In this document: piece by piece, positions 49,333 through 59,842 of the stretch | Numbering within the stretch: position 1 is the stretch's first letter | Layout of the letters: every line of letters starts with the position of its first letter | Source: Candidatus Entotheonellaceae bacterium | Lineage (GTDB): Bacteria; Tectomicrobia; Entotheonellia; Entotheonellales; Entotheonellaceae | Assembly: GCA_965238075.1 (NCBI GenBank) | Contig: OZ250173.1 | Span: forward strand, 2,912,001 to 2,976,000 | Direction of reading: 5' to 3' | DNA length: 64,000 bases | Translations under genes and position numbers: made by a program | Notes under the pieces: model-generated | Database searches by the model: none | The model's input: only the letters and a program-made list of their open reading frames with translations | Told to the model about the DNA's origin: nothing

Positions 49333-49914
49333 ATGCTACGTAGTGAAGCACTGGAGGCCATGTACCCGAATCTGGCGTCGTGCGCGGTCGTCACCATCAT
49401 GGGGGCTACCGCGTCGGAACTCTACGCCTTGGGGCACCGACCGAATTTCTTCTATCTGGAACACGCCATGGGGCTGGCCTCGTCGATGGGACTGGGCATT
49501 GCGCTCAGCCGTCCCGAAGAGACGGTGGTGGTGCTGGATGGCGACGGCTCGATTTTGATGAATCTGGGCAGCCTGACGACCATGGCGCGCTATCGGCCGT
49601 CTAATTTGATCCACGTCGTCTTCGACAACGAAGCCCTCTTGTCAGTCGGCAGGACGTTCACCACCGCCACGGGCACGGGCAGCAACATTGCAGCGATGGC
49701 CGAAGCGGCGGGGGTGCCGCGTTCGGCCACGGTGGACACAGTGGAAGGGTGCCGCCAGGCATTTCAGGAAGCCCTGGCGGCGCGGCAATTGACGACCCTG
49801 GTGGCAAAGGTGGCGGCGCAGGGACCGGCGAACTATCACATCGACGTCCACATGCTGGAAAACCGCTTCGAGTTCCAGCGCTACCTCACCCGCGACCGCC
49901 TCAAAGCCGGTTGA
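49333..49914 (+). CDS. TPP-binding beta subunit, sulfopyruvate/phosphonopyruvate decarboxylase (ComE-like)
   Basis: HRPNFFYL..AMGLASSMGLG and LDGDGSILMNLG..FDN. Contains only the TPP-binding half. Confidence 0.85.
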   Translation: MLRSEALEAMYPNLASCAVVTIMGATASELYALGHRPNFFYLEHAMGLASSMGLGIALSRPEETVVVLDGDGSILMNLGSLTTMARYRPSNLIHVVFDNEALLSVGRTFTTATGTGSNIAAMAEAAGVPRSATVDTVEGCRQAFQEALAARQLTTLVAKVAAQGPANYHIDVHMLENRFEFQRYLTRDRLKAG

Positions 49915-49925
49915 TCACGGGCGAC

Positions 49926-50513
49926 TCAGGCCCGTACCAACTGGCCGACGTCGGAGGTCGGCGCGTCGATCAGCCGGGTGGCCGGCAGGTCGTCGATCTT
50001 GCCGGTATCCAGCAGTTCCTGAGCGGCGGGTACCGGCATCACGTCACGATGATGCGCCGCGTTCACCCCGCTTGTCTGGCCCGTCGGGTCTTCGACCCAC
50101 CACGACGCCTCCAGGGCGATGCCGTTGGGATCCGTGAAGTAGATCGACTGCATGAGCCCGTGGTCCACCACCTCCGTGACTTCGCAGCCGTGATCGAGCA
50201 AGCGTTGCCGCAGCGCCTGCATGGCCTCGGCGTCCGGCAGGTTGAGCGATACGTGGTCGAACTGGATGGCCCTGTCGTCCGGCACCCCCGCCGGTTTGGC
50301 AAAGCCCACGACCTCGTGGTTGCGGTACTCGAAAAAAGCCACCGTGGCACCGTCACCCACGTCGAAAAAGTAATGCCGGAACGACTCGTTGCCGACTGTG
50401 GCAACCAGGCGCGCACCGAGCACGCCGTGCCAGAACCGCGTCGTCGTGTCCATGTCGTTCGTCACCAACGCCAGGTGATTCAACCCAGCCCATCGAACCG
50501 CTTCACTGCTCAT
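49926..50513 (-). CDS. VOC (glyoxalase/bleomycin resistance) family protein
   Basis: GLNHLAL, FFE, FDHVS and SIYFTDPNGIALE. Confidence 0.9.
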   Translation of the reverse strand: MSSEAVRWAGLNHLALVTNDMDTTTRFWHGVLGARLVATVGNESFRHYFFDVGDGATVAFFEYRNHEVVGFAKPAGVPDDRAIQFDHVSLNLPDAEAMQALRQRLLDHGCEVTEVVDHGLMQSIYFTDPNGIALEASWWVEDPTGQTSGVNAAHHRDVMPVPAAQELLDTGKIDDLPATRLIDAPTSDVGQLVRA

Positions 50514-50557
50514 CGTCCCTTCTCCTCTCGGCCAATGTTCTGCCTGTATGACGCGTA

Positions 50558-50590
50558 TGCTATGCTGACCTTCACCGGTCAAACATAGCA
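50558..50590. promoter_or_regulatory. Palindrome made of two opposed extended -10 elements
   Basis: TGCTATGCT on + and TGCTATGTT on -, with an inner TGACC/GGTCA repeat, in the divergent VOC/SSS spacer. Confidence 0.4.
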
Positions 50591-50629
50591 CGAATCCTGG
50601 AAATTCCCCCCGGGCAAGGACGCCGTCCC

Positions 50630-52444
50630 ATGTTCACCCTGCACGCCATCGACTGGCTGATCATCGGCCTGTACGTCGTGCTGGCCCTGGGCGTCGGGGT
50701 GGCGTTCAAGAGCCGTGCCGGTCGCAACCGCACCAGCTACTTCCTGGCCGGACGCGGCCTACCGTGGTGGTGGGTCGGCGCTTCCATGGCTGCCACCACC
50801 TTCGCGGCGGATACCCCTCTGGCGGTTACCGGCATCATTGCGGCCAAAGGGTTGTCGGGCAACTGGCTGTGGATTCCGGTCATCGGCGTGCATGCCGGCG
50901 TCTTCGTCGTCTTTGCCGCCAACTGGAGTCGCAGCGGGGTGATAACGGACGCCGAACTGATTCGGGTGCGCTATTCCGGCCGCACGGCGTACATACTGCG
51001 CTGGTGCCGGACCGGACTGCAATTGCTGCAAAACTGCGTCGTGCTGGGCTGGGTGCTGCGCGCCATGGTGAAAGTGGCGTCGCCGTTCTTCCAGTGGCAC
51101 GAATGGCTCCCCGGCTTCATGGCGGGCATCGAGGTCGTATGGCCTGCCGGCACCGCACTGGGCACTGCCTCGGAAGGGCTGACCATCATCGCATTGTTGC
51201 TGGTGGTCGGTTGCTATTCCAGCCTCGGCGGCCTGCGCGGCGTGGTGCTCACCGATCTGGTGCAACTGGTCCTGGCCCTGCTCGGCAGCACGTGGCTGGC
51301 CGTGTGCGCCTGGCGAGCGGTCGGTGGACGAGAGGGCTTGCTAGACGGGCTGGCAGCGCAGTACGGCCCCGGGCATGCGTATCTGGACTGGTTCCCAACC
51401 CCCGGCAGCGGTTGGCTGGATGCCGTGGGCGTCGGCGCCGGGGTTTTCGGTCTCTACCTGGTGGTGCAGTCGTTCTCGAACATGTCGGCGGACGGCGGCG
51501 GTTATTTCATGCAGCGCCTGAACGCGGCCCGCAGCCCCGAGGCGGCCAGACGGGCGACGCTGCTGTTCCTCACGATTCATTACATGGTGCGCGTGTGGCC
51601 GTGGTTCATCGTCGGCCTGGCGGCGCTGGTGCTGATTCCGCTGGGGCAGGAGACTACCAGCCTGAACGGCTCGGCTGCCCTTGCCGCGTCGGACCGGGAA
51701 ATGGCCTGGCCCATTCTCATGGCCCACCTGCTCAGCCCCGGCTGGCTGGGCATCGTACTGGCGAGCCTGCTCGCCGCCTTCATGAGCACCGTGGATACCC
51801 ACATCAACTGGGGCGCCTCGTATCTGGTCAACGACGTCTGGCTGGTGCTGCGCCCCGCGGCTTCGGACCGCGAACAGATGCGTGTGGCCAGAAGCGCGGT
51901 GTTCCTGTTCGTGCTGCTGGCGATTCTGGTGAGCGCCAAGATCGATACGATTGCCCAAGCCTGGAAGTGGATGGCCATGCTGGGCGCGGCACTGGGCCTG
52001 CCGACGCTCTTGCGCTGGCTGTGGTGGCGGGTGAACGCGGCCGGCGAAATTGGCGCCATGCTGGCGGGGTTGTCGGTCGGCACCTCGTTGGCACTGTTGA
52101 CGGACATGCCGTACGAGGTACGCCTGATCTGGGTTACGGCTGCCAGCCTGACCGGCCTGGTGGCCGGCATGCTGCTTGGACCGCCAACCGAGGCCAGGCA
52201 CCTGAAACGGTTCGTGGATACCGTGCAGCCGTTCGGCGTGTGGCCCAACGCACGGCCGGCCGGAAATCGGGCGGCATTTGGTCTTGCCGGCTGTTGGGCG
52301 GCGGTGGTGAGCGGCACCATGCTGTTGCTGTTCGTCGGTCATCAGGGACTGTTCAGCGGCTGGCGGCCGAGTGTGCTCATCGCAGGCGCCGCGGCGTTGG
52401 GACTGTTGTACGTTGGCACGACGTCGCGGCCGAGTCGTTGGTAA
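50630..52444 (+). CDS. Sodium:solute symporter (SSS family)
   Basis: YFLAGRGLPWW, ATTFAADTP, GGLRGVVLTDLVQ, QRL and AAFMSTVD; many TM segments. Confidence 0.92.
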   Translation: MFTLHAIDWLIIGLYVVLALGVGVAFKSRAGRNRTSYFLAGRGLPWWWVGASMAATTFAADTPLAVTGIIAAKGLSGNWLWIPVIGVHAGVFVVFAANWSRSGVITDAELIRVRYSGRTAYILRWCRTGLQLLQNCVVLGWVLRAMVKVASPFFQWHEWLPGFMAGIEVVWPAGTALGTASEGLTIIALLLVVGCYSSLGGLRGVVLTDLVQLVLALLGSTWLAVCAWRAVGGREGLLDGLAAQYGPGHAYLDWFPTPGSGWLDAVGVGAGVFGLYLVVQSFSNMSADGGGYFMQRLNAARSPEAARRATLLFLTIHYMVRVWPWFIVGLAALVLIPLGQETTSLNGSAALAASDREMAWPILMAHLLSPGWLGIVLASLLAAFMSTVDTHINWGASYLVNDVWLVLRPAASDREQMRVARSAVFLFVLLAILVSAKIDTIAQAWKWMAMLGAALGLPTLLRWLWWRVNAAGEIGAMLAGLSVGTSLALLTDMPYEVRLIWVTAASLTGLVAGMLLGPPTEARHLKRFVDTVQPFGVWPNARPAGNRAAFGLAGCWAAVVSGTMLLLFVGHQGLFSGWRPSVLIAGAAALGLLYVGTTSRPSRW

Positions 52445-52495
52445 CAGAGCAAGGGGTTTTGAAACCCGACTCCTGGCTGCAGAGAGCCTGAGACG

Positions 52496-52879
52496 ATGAT
52501 GCAAGCCTCAACGTACGTTTGGATTGGAATCGGCGGCTTTGTCGGGGCAGTGGTGCGTTACGGGATCAATACCTGGCTCACAACTCGTTGGGGAGCGGCG
52601 TTCCCGTATGGTACGCTTTTCGTGAACGTCAGCGGCAGCTTTGTGTTGTGTCTGATTATCGCCATGCTGAGCAGAGGCTTCGACATGGCGCCCGCTCTGC
52701 GCCTGGCCCTGACGGTCGGCTTCCTGGGTTCCTACACAACGTTTTCGACGTTCAGCGCCGATGCTCTTCTGTTACTGGAAAACGGCCACACGCTGCGCGG
52801 GCTGAGCTACGTCGTCGGCAGCGTCGTGGGCGGTGGGCTGATGGGCGCTGCGGGCCTGCTGTTGGGGCGATCGCTATAG
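52496..52879 (+). CDS. crcB: Fluoride efflux channel Fluc/CrcB
   Basis: GGFVGAVVRY, FPYGTLFVN and GFLGSYTTFSTF. Confidence 0.96.
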   Translation: MMQASTYVWIGIGGFVGAVVRYGINTWLTTRWGAAFPYGTLFVNVSGSFVLCLIIAMLSRGFDMAPALRLALTVGFLGSYTTFSTFSADALLLLENGHTLRGLSYVVGSVVGGGLMGAAGLLLGRSL

Positions 52880-52895
52880 GTGCGGAAGGAGTTGC

Positions 52896-53582
52896 ATGGC
52901 ACGTGTACGGATTCTCGTGGTGGACGATGAACCGGATATTCTCGAACTCATCCGCTACAACCTGACCCGGAACAACTATGACATGACCGGCGTGGCCTCC
53001 GGTGAAGAAGCGTTTGCCTCGGTACGCATGTCGCCACCCGATCTCGTCGTGCTGGACCTGATGCTGCCGGGCGTCGACGGCCTGGAGGTTTGCCGGCGGC
53101 TCAAGAACGACGCCCGCACGGCCGGCATTCCGGTAATCATCCTCTCTGCCAAAGGCGAAGAGGCCGACGTGGTCACTGGCCTCGAACTGGGCGCCGACGA
53201 CTACCTCACCAAACCATTCAGCCCGCGCGTGCTCCTGTCCCGTATCAAGGCGGTATTGCGCCGTCAGCAAAGCGAGCCGGACGCGGGCGACGCCGTCATT
53301 ACGCATCACGACCTGCAGATTCATCCGGGTCGCCACGAGGTGCAGGTGGCCGGCGCTCTCGTGCAACTCACGCTGACGGAGTTCCGTATTTTGCATCTGC
53401 TGGCACGGCGTCCGGGCTGGGTGTTCACCCGCAACCAGATCCTCGAAGCCGCGCAGGGCGACGACTCCAGTGTCACCACGCGGGCCGTCGACGTACACAT
53501 CGTGGCTCTGCGCCGCAAGCTCGGCCCCAGCGGCGACCTTATCGAAACGATTCGCGGTGTCGGTTATCGCTTGCAGGAGTGA
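52896..53582 (+). CDS. OmpR/PhoB-family response regulator (PhoB/PhoP-like)
   Basis: VVDDE, LDLMLP, GADDYLTKPF, LTLTEF and ETIRGVGY. Confidence 0.92.
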   Translation: MARVRILVVDDEPDILELIRYNLTRNNYDMTGVASGEEAFASVRMSPPDLVVLDLMLPGVDGLEVCRRLKNDARTAGIPVIILSAKGEEADVVTGLELGADDYLTKPFSPRVLLSRIKAVLRRQQSEPDAGDAVITHHDLQIHPGRHEVQVAGALVQLTLTEFRILHLLARRPGWVFTRNQILEAAQGDDSSVTTRAVDVHIVALRRKLGPSGDLIETIRGVGYRLQE

Positions 53583-53586
53583 CACG

Positions 53587-55011
53587 ATGCGCCGCCTGCC
53601 CATCTTCTGGCGATTGTTTCTCAGCTACCTGCCGGCGGTGGCGCTGGCCTTATTGGTATTCTTTACTGGGGATTACCCTCGACAGGACGGCGCGAATACC
53701 GCCCTCTGGCCCGCTCAGCCCCTGGCTGTCGGTGCCGTTGTACTTACCGTAATAGCCGCCGGCATAGGGCTGGTCTCTTCAGAACGTATCAGCCGCTCCG
53801 TCCAGGTTATGCGCGCGAGCGCCGAACACTTTGCGGTTGGCGATTTCTCCCATCGGCTCCGTATCCCCAACACCCCCGAAATGGGCAACCTCGCCGCCAC
53901 ACTCAACAACATGGCGGCGCAACTCGAAGACCAGATCAGCGTCGTGACGCAGCACCGCAACGAGCAAGAGGCCATTCTTGTCAGTATGCAGGAAGGCGTG
54001 CTGGCGTTGGACCCGCAGGCACACGTCATCGCCATGAACCCCGCCGCGGAGGCGCTTCTGGCGGTGCCGGCGACGCAGGCCCGCGGCCGGACGGTTCAGG
54101 AAGTCATCCGCAACGTTGGGCTGCAACGGCTGCTCACGGACGCCATGTCAAAGGCCGAGCCGACCATGGGAGAGATCGTGCTGCGCGGCGATGAGGAGCG
54201 CTTCCTGCAAGCGACCGCAACCGCCCTGCGCGATGCCACTGGCCGCGACTTCGGCATGTTGGTGGTGTTGAACGACATTACCCAGCTGCGCCGGCTGGAA
54301 AACATTCGCCGCGACTTCGTGGCCAACGTCTCGCACGAGCTCAAGACCCCGATTACCAGCATCAAGGGCTTCGTGGAAACCCTCCGAGAAGGCGCTTTGG
54401 ACGACCGCCCACAGGCGGAACGGTTCCTGGAGATCGTCGCCCGCCACGCGGACCGCCTGCACGCCATCATCGAGGATCTGCTCAGCCTGTCACGGATGGA
54501 GCAAAGTAATCAGATTGCCGACATTCCCCGTCCCGAGGTGCAGCTGGGACCCATCGTCGAGGCCGCCGTGCTCGATTGCTCCGCCAAGGCCGCGGCACGG
54601 CAGGTCGCGGTCGTGCCGTCCTGCGTTCCCGGCCTGCGCGTCAAGGCCAACGCCCCCTTGTTGGAGCAGGCTATCGTCAATCTTCTGGACAACGCCATTA
54701 GCTACAGCAACGCCCACGGCACGGTGTGGCTGACGGCGCGGCAGGAGAACGGCGAGGTGCGCATCGACGTGCGCGACGAGGGCATCGGCATCGCGCCGGA
54801 ACACGTGTCGCGCATCTTCGAGCGCTTCTACCGCACCGACAAGGCGCGCGACCGCGCCAGTGGCGGTACCGGCCTCGGGCTGGCCATCGTGAAACACATC
54901 GCCCAAATCCACGACGGGCAGGTCAGCGTGGCCAGTGAAGTGGGGCAGGGGAGCACCTTTTCGCTGCATCTCTCGCAGCCCAAAACCGCCGTCGAATCGG
55001 CGCAAGATTGA
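53587..55011 (+). CDS. PhoR-like sensor histidine kinase (HAMP-PAS-HisKA-HATPase)
   Basis: RRDFVANVSHELKTP, NLLDNA, DEGIGI, FERFYR and GGTGLGL. Start ATG 53587. Confidence 0.92.
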   Translation: MRRLPIFWRLFLSYLPAVALALLVFFTGDYPRQDGANTALWPAQPLAVGAVVLTVIAAGIGLVSSERISRSVQVMRASAEHFAVGDFSHRLRIPNTPEMGNLAATLNNMAAQLEDQISVVTQHRNEQEAILVSMQEGVLALDPQAHVIAMNPAAEALLAVPATQARGRTVQEVIRNVGLQRLLTDAMSKAEPTMGEIVLRGDEERFLQATATALRDATGRDFGMLVVLNDITQLRRLENIRRDFVANVSHELKTPITSIKGFVETLREGALDDRPQAERFLEIVARHADRLHAIIEDLLSLSRMEQSNQIADIPRPEVQLGPIVEAAVLDCSAKAAARQVAVVPSCVPGLRVKANAPLLEQAIVNLLDNAISYSNAHGTVWLTARQENGEVRIDVRDEGIGIAPEHVSRIFERFYRTDKARDRASGGTGLGLAIVKHIAQIHDGQVSVASEVGQGSTFSLHLSQPKTAVESAQD

Positions 55012-56774
55012 CACCCGACAAGGAGAACACCATGGCAAGCGCTCCCGGCAGCCTTTCTCAACCCGTGCACGAGGTAAGCATGCGCTTCGACGTCAAGGTG
55101 CCGATGCGCGACGGGGTGGCGTTATCCACTGACATTTATCTGCCGGCAATGGACCCGCCGGTGCCGATGGTGCTTATCCGCACGCCATACAACAATAACA
55201 ACGAGGCCATCGTGCAGGACTGCATGTACTTCGCCACGCGCGGCTACGGCGTGGCGACGCAGGACGTGCGCGGGCGGTGGGATTCGGACGGCGATTGGTA
55301 CCCGTTTGTGCACGAGGCCGCGGACGGCTTCGACACCATGGAATGGATCGGACAGCAGCCGTGGTGCAACGGCAATATCGGCACCGCTGGCGGGTCGTAC
55401 GTGGCCATGGTGCAGTGGCAGGCCGCACCGCTGCGCAGCCGCTTTCTGAAGGCCATGGTGCCGCGCGTCGGGTACTCGAACTTCTACCATAACTGGGTGT
55501 ACACCGGCGGCGCCTTCCAACTCGCCTTCAATCTGCGCTGGGCCGCCGTTCAGATGTCCACCCGCACGAACCAGGTGCAGTACCTGTGGCTGCCCGCGGC
55601 GAACCACCTGAACACACTGCACTGGCACCTGCCGCTGAGCACCATGGATGCCAAGGCGGGCCGCGCCTCGCAGGTGTGGCAGGACTGGATCGCGCACCCG
55701 GATTACGACGATTACTGGCGCCGTATGCGGCCCGTGGAGGATCACTATGCGGAGGTCGCCGTGCCGGCTTACGGCATCGGCGGCTGGTACGACGTATTCC
55801 TGCAATCGACGCTCAATAATTTCATGGGGGTCCGGGCGCATGGGTGCCCGCCGGGCAAGAAGCATCAGAAGATCATCATCGGCCCGTGGATTCACGACTG
55901 CGGCCACATGGGCCTGGACACCCATACGGGTGACGTGGATTTTGGGAACGCGGCGCGGGTCGACCTGATGGCGGAGCACGTGCGCTGGTTTGACTACTGG
56001 CTGAAGGGTACGGACACGGGCATCGCCGAAGAGCCGCCGGTGAACGTCTTTGTCATGGGGGCCAACCGTTGGCGGCAAGCCGAGGACTGGCCGATTCCGG
56101 GCACGACGTACGTGCCGTACTACCTGCACAGCCAGGGCGGCGCGAATTCGCTGTTCGGCGACGGCGTTCTGGACACCAAGCCGGCGGCGGCGGAACCCCC
56201 CGACCGCTATACCTACGACCCCGAACAACCCGTGCCGACGGTTGGCGGCAGCACCTGCTGCTCCGAGGACGTGACGCCGGTATCCATGGGGCCGCGCGAT
56301 CAGCAGCCCGTCGAGTGGCGGCCGGACGTGCTGGTGTACACCTCGGCGCCGCTCGCGGATGACCTCGAGGTCACCGGCCCTGTCAGTATGACCCTGTACG
56401 CCGCCTCCGACGCGCCGGATACGGACTTCACCGCCAAGCTCGTCGACGTGTATCCCGACGGCGCCGCCATCAACGTCGCCCAGGGCATCATCCGGGCGCG
56501 CTACCGCGACTCGTGGGAAACGCCGTCGCCGTTGGAACCGGGGCGTGTGTATGAATACCGCATCGATCTGTGGTCCACCAGCAACTGCTTCCGGCAGGGG
56601 CACCGCATCCGCGTTGAAGTCGCCAGCAGCAACTTCCCGCAATTTGACCGCAATCCCAACACCGGCAACCCCTTCGGCCAAGACGCCGTGCTCCGCAAAG
56701 CGCGCCAAACCGTGCACCACGACGCCGGGCACCCGTCCCATATCGTGCTGCCGGTCGTGCCGTCAGGCGGGTAA
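55008..56774 (+). CDS. CocE/NonD family hydrolase
   Basis: RTPY, QDVRGR, nucleophile GGSY, GWYD, GPWIH and SSNFPQFDRN. Start may be ATG 55032. Confidence 0.93.
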   Translation: MTPDKENTMASAPGSLSQPVHEVSMRFDVKVPMRDGVALSTDIYLPAMDPPVPMVLIRTPYNNNNEAIVQDCMYFATRGYGVATQDVRGRWDSDGDWYPFVHEAADGFDTMEWIGQQPWCNGNIGTAGGSYVAMVQWQAAPLRSRFLKAMVPRVGYSNFYHNWVYTGGAFQLAFNLRWAAVQMSTRTNQVQYLWLPAANHLNTLHWHLPLSTMDAKAGRASQVWQDWIAHPDYDDYWRRMRPVEDHYAEVAVPAYGIGGWYDVFLQSTLNNFMGVRAHGCPPGKKHQKIIIGPWIHDCGHMGLDTHTGDVDFGNAARVDLMAEHVRWFDYWLKGTDTGIAEEPPVNVFVMGANRWRQAEDWPIPGTTYVPYYLHSQGGANSLFGDGVLDTKPAAAEPPDRYTYDPEQPVPTVGGSTCCSEDVTPVSMGPRDQQPVEWRPDVLVYTSAPLADDLEVTGPVSMTLYAASDAPDTDFTAKLVDVYPDGAAINVAQGIIRARYRDSWETPSPLEPGRVYEYRIDLWSTSNCFRQGHRIRVEVASSNFPQFDRNPNTGNPFGQDAVLRKARQTVHHDAGHPSHIVLPVVPSGG

Positions 56775-56888
56775 GGCCGCCACTTTCGGCTTCCCGAATT
56801 ATCTGGCGCATTGCGGCGTTATGTCTTGGGCTGTAGCATGAGCGAGCGTGTTCCAGTCAACCCCACATTAACGTTTGGAGAGAAGCGA

Positions 56889-59759
56889 ATGAGAGTTGTC
56901 TGTCCTTGGTTGCGAATCCTGTTGGGTGGTGTGGTGTTGTTCGGTTTGCACCTGTCTATCGGGACAGCGGCAGAGTTGGACCTGAATGCTCCTTTGCCGG
57001 TGGATGCTGCGGTGCAGCGGGGAACCCTGGACAACGGAATGTCGTACTGGGTGCGGTCGCATGCGACGCCGCCAGGGAAGATATCGTTCTGGTTGCACGT
57101 ATCGACGGGATCGCTGAACGAGAAGGACGGGCAGGAAGGGATGGCACACTTCCTGGAGCACATGGCGTTCAACGGCTCGGAAAATTTCCCGCCCGGCGAG
57201 TTATTGCCCTACTTCGAATCTATCGGGCTGCGATTTGGCCAGCACCAAAATGCCTTCACGAGCCTCGACCAGACGACCTACATCCTGACCCTGCCGGACA
57301 CAAAGCCTGAAACCATCGACAAAGGACTCATTTATCTCTCCGACGTGGCCTTCCGCATGCTTCTGACGTCTGAGGAGATCGACAAGGAAAGAGGCGTCAT
57401 TCTGGAGGAAAAACGGGCGAGGAAGGGAACACGCCAACGGCTTATGGAACAATTCCTGCCGGCTGTCCTGCCGGGTTCGCGCGTGGCGCGGCGTCTGCCG
57501 ATTGGTCTGGACGAAACGCTCAACGCCATCCAGCGCGAGGACATGCTGGACTACTACTCGACCTGGTACCATCCCGGCAAGGCAACCTTGCTGGCAGTCG
57601 GGGACGCTCCGGTCGACACCATGGTGGCCGCCATCAAACGCCATTTCGACGGCTGGCAACGTGAGGACCCGGCACCGGCGGACATGGAAGCGGGCCTCCA
57701 GCCTTATGAGGAACCACGCGCCGTGGTCCTGACCGATCCCGAGCTGACGATCGCCCGGCTGGAAGCGCTGGCTGTTATGCCCTACGCGCCGCGCAAGACG
57801 GTCGGCGATTATCGGCGACACCTGATTGAGCAGGTGGGCACCTGGATCGTCAACCGGCGCATGGAGCAGCGCGTACAGGAAGGCGACGTGCCGTATCAGG
57901 ATGCGGGCACGTACATCTCCCGGTTCTTCGGTGTCGCCCGGCAGGCGGTTGCGGGGGCCGAAGCGGCACCCGAAAACTGGAGCGCCGCCTTTCAGGCCCT
58001 GATTCAGGACGTGCAGACGGCGCGCCACCACGGCTTCTCGCCCGACGAGTTGGATGCCGCGATGCGCGCTTTGCAGGCCGAGGCGGAGCACGCCGCCCAA
58101 ACCGAAGCGACGCGCGACGCGCACGCCTTCCTGGGTAGCATGAACCGCGCCTTGGCGCGCGGCGAACTGCCAAGGTCGGCCTCGCAAACCGCGGCCCTGG
58201 TGAAGGACGTTCTACCCATCATTACCGCTGAAGAAGTCGCGGCGATGTTTGCGGCGCGCTTCCAGCCGGGCCAGGGGGTGCACATTCTAATCCTGCCCGA
58301 GCAGTCGGACGTGCCCGTGCCCAGCAGTGAAGAGGTGCTACAAGTCGTCCAGGATGCGTTGGCGCAGCCGGTGGCCGCCTGGCAGAGTAAAGAACGCCCC
58401 ACGTCGCTATTGGCGCAAGTCCCCCAGCCGGGCGACATCATTGAACGCACGCGTTTCGAGCCGTTGGCCGTAACACATATAACGTTCGCCAACCAAACTC
58501 GGCTGCACTACCGATTCATGGATTTCAAGAAGAATCACGTTTCGGTGACGGTGACGCTTGCAGGCGGACGCATCCGCGAAACCGCTGCGCAGCGCGGCAT
58601 CACCGCCGTGGCCACGCAGCCGCTGACGAAACCCGCCACCTCGCAGTTCTCGTCCACCGACATCCGTGACCTGATGACCGGCAAGCAGGTGCAGGTGCAG
58701 GGCCAAGCCGACGCCGACTCGGTCACCCTTACCGTGTCGGGCACGCCGGAGGCTCTCGAAGACGGGCTGCAACTGGTTCACCTTCTTATCCGCGACGCCA
58801 AGATCGAGCCGACGCTGGTAGAGCTATGGAAAAATCAGGAATTACAAACCCTGGCCTCTGAACGCACGGACATCGGCACCCGCAGCTACGAGGCGGCCCG
58901 ACTGGTTTTGAGCGGCAACGATCCGCGGCAGATCAGGCTAACGTCGGAGCAAATCGCCGCACGCGCGGCGACCATTCCGGAGGCGCAAGCTTGGCTTGAC
59001 ACCATCCTACGTTCGGCGCCGATGGAAATCGCCATCGTCGGCGACATCCCCGAGGAGCGGGCGATACAACTGGCCGCCACCTATCTGGGCTCGCTGCCGC
59101 CGCGTCAGCGTCGCGACCCCGGCCTGGACCCGATGCGAGAGGTGGCCGGTTTCACGGGGCCCGTCACGCAGACGATCGAGGTCGAAACCATCACCCCACG
59201 CGCCCACCCCATCCTGATGTGGCGCTCCGCCCCCTGGCGCGACGTGCGCGGCCGGCGTCTCATGTTCATGGCCGCCCGCATTCTGGAACGCCGCATCCGG
59301 AAGGAAATTCGCGAGGACCGCGGCCTGACGTACTCTGCCGAGACGTACGTGCATCCCAGCCGGGTCTATCCGGACATGAGTGCGCTGTACGTGAATTTCA
59401 CCGCCGATCCAGACAAGGCGACCGAGGCCGTGGCGGTGGCGAAGAAGACGGTTGAGGAATTCGCTGCCGAGGGCCCGACCGATGAGGAAGTTGAAACGGT
59501 TCGCACCCAGTTACGAAACAGCCTGGAAACGATGCTGAAGGAGCCCCGGTTCTGGGTGTATATCCTGGCCGACATGGAATACCACGGCACAAGCTTGGAG
59601 AATGTCGTTGGCCTGGTCGACAAGCTGATGGCGTATTCAAAAGCCGACATCGCCGCGCAGGTCAAGAAGGTTGTGGTGCCGGAACGGTTCGCGCTGGTGA
59701 TCGCCACACCCAAGGCTTCTGAGGAAGACGACCGCGAGGCGCAGCGCGACCTTCGTTGA
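56889..59759 (+). CDS. Secreted M16 (insulinase/PqqL-like) zinc peptidase
   Basis: Signal peptide, HFLEH, NAFTS, ERGVILEE and IREDRGLTY. Confidence 0.92.
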   Translation: MRVVCPWLRILLGGVVLFGLHLSIGTAAELDLNAPLPVDAAVQRGTLDNGMSYWVRSHATPPGKISFWLHVSTGSLNEKDGQEGMAHFLEHMAFNGSENFPPGELLPYFESIGLRFGQHQNAFTSLDQTTYILTLPDTKPETIDKGLIYLSDVAFRMLLTSEEIDKERGVILEEKRARKGTRQRLMEQFLPAVLPGSRVARRLPIGLDETLNAIQREDMLDYYSTWYHPGKATLLAVGDAPVDTMVAAIKRHFDGWQREDPAPADMEAGLQPYEEPRAVVLTDPELTIARLEALAVMPYAPRKTVGDYRRHLIEQVGTWIVNRRMEQRVQEGDVPYQDAGTYISRFFGVARQAVAGAEAAPENWSAAFQALIQDVQTARHHGFSPDELDAAMRALQAEAEHAAQTEATRDAHAFLGSMNRALARGELPRSASQTAALVKDVLPIITAEEVAAMFAARFQPGQGVHILILPEQSDVPVPSSEEVLQVVQDALAQPVAAWQSKERPTSLLAQVPQPGDIIERTRFEPLAVTHITFANQTRLHYRFMDFKKNHVSVTVTLAGGRIRETAAQRGITAVATQPLTKPATSQFSSTDIRDLMTGKQVQVQGQADADSVTLTVSGTPEALEDGLQLVHLLIRDAKIEPTLVELWKNQELQTLASERTDIGTRSYEAARLVLSGNDPRQIRLTSEQIAARAATIPEAQAWLDTILRSAPMEIAIVGDIPEERAIQLAATYLGSLPPRQRRDPGLDPMREVAGFTGPVTQTIEVETITPRAHPILMWRSAPWRDVRGRRLMFMAARILERRIRKEIREDRGLTYSAETYVHPSRVYPDMSALYVNFTADPDKATEAVAVAKKTVEEFAAEGPTDEEVETVRTQLRNSLETMLKEPRFWVYILADMEYHGTSLENVVGLVDKLMAYSKADIAAQVKKVVVPERFALVIATPKASEEDDREAQRDLR

Positions 59760-59842
59760 CGCTCAGGGTGTGAAACCGCAGTGCCGGCCGGCGTCCCTAA
59801 TCCGAAGGCTCTAACAATGGTTGCGCGTAATCATGTTGACCT

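Noticed and set aside
50764..52491. 575-aa alternative-frame ORF over the SSS gene
   Set aside because: Arg/Gly/Ala-rich frame artefact of high GC3; no RBS or motifs.
52445..52495. Fluoride riboswitch upstream of crcB
   Set aside because: The spacer is only 51 nt and lacks the GGCGATGG..GCC core.
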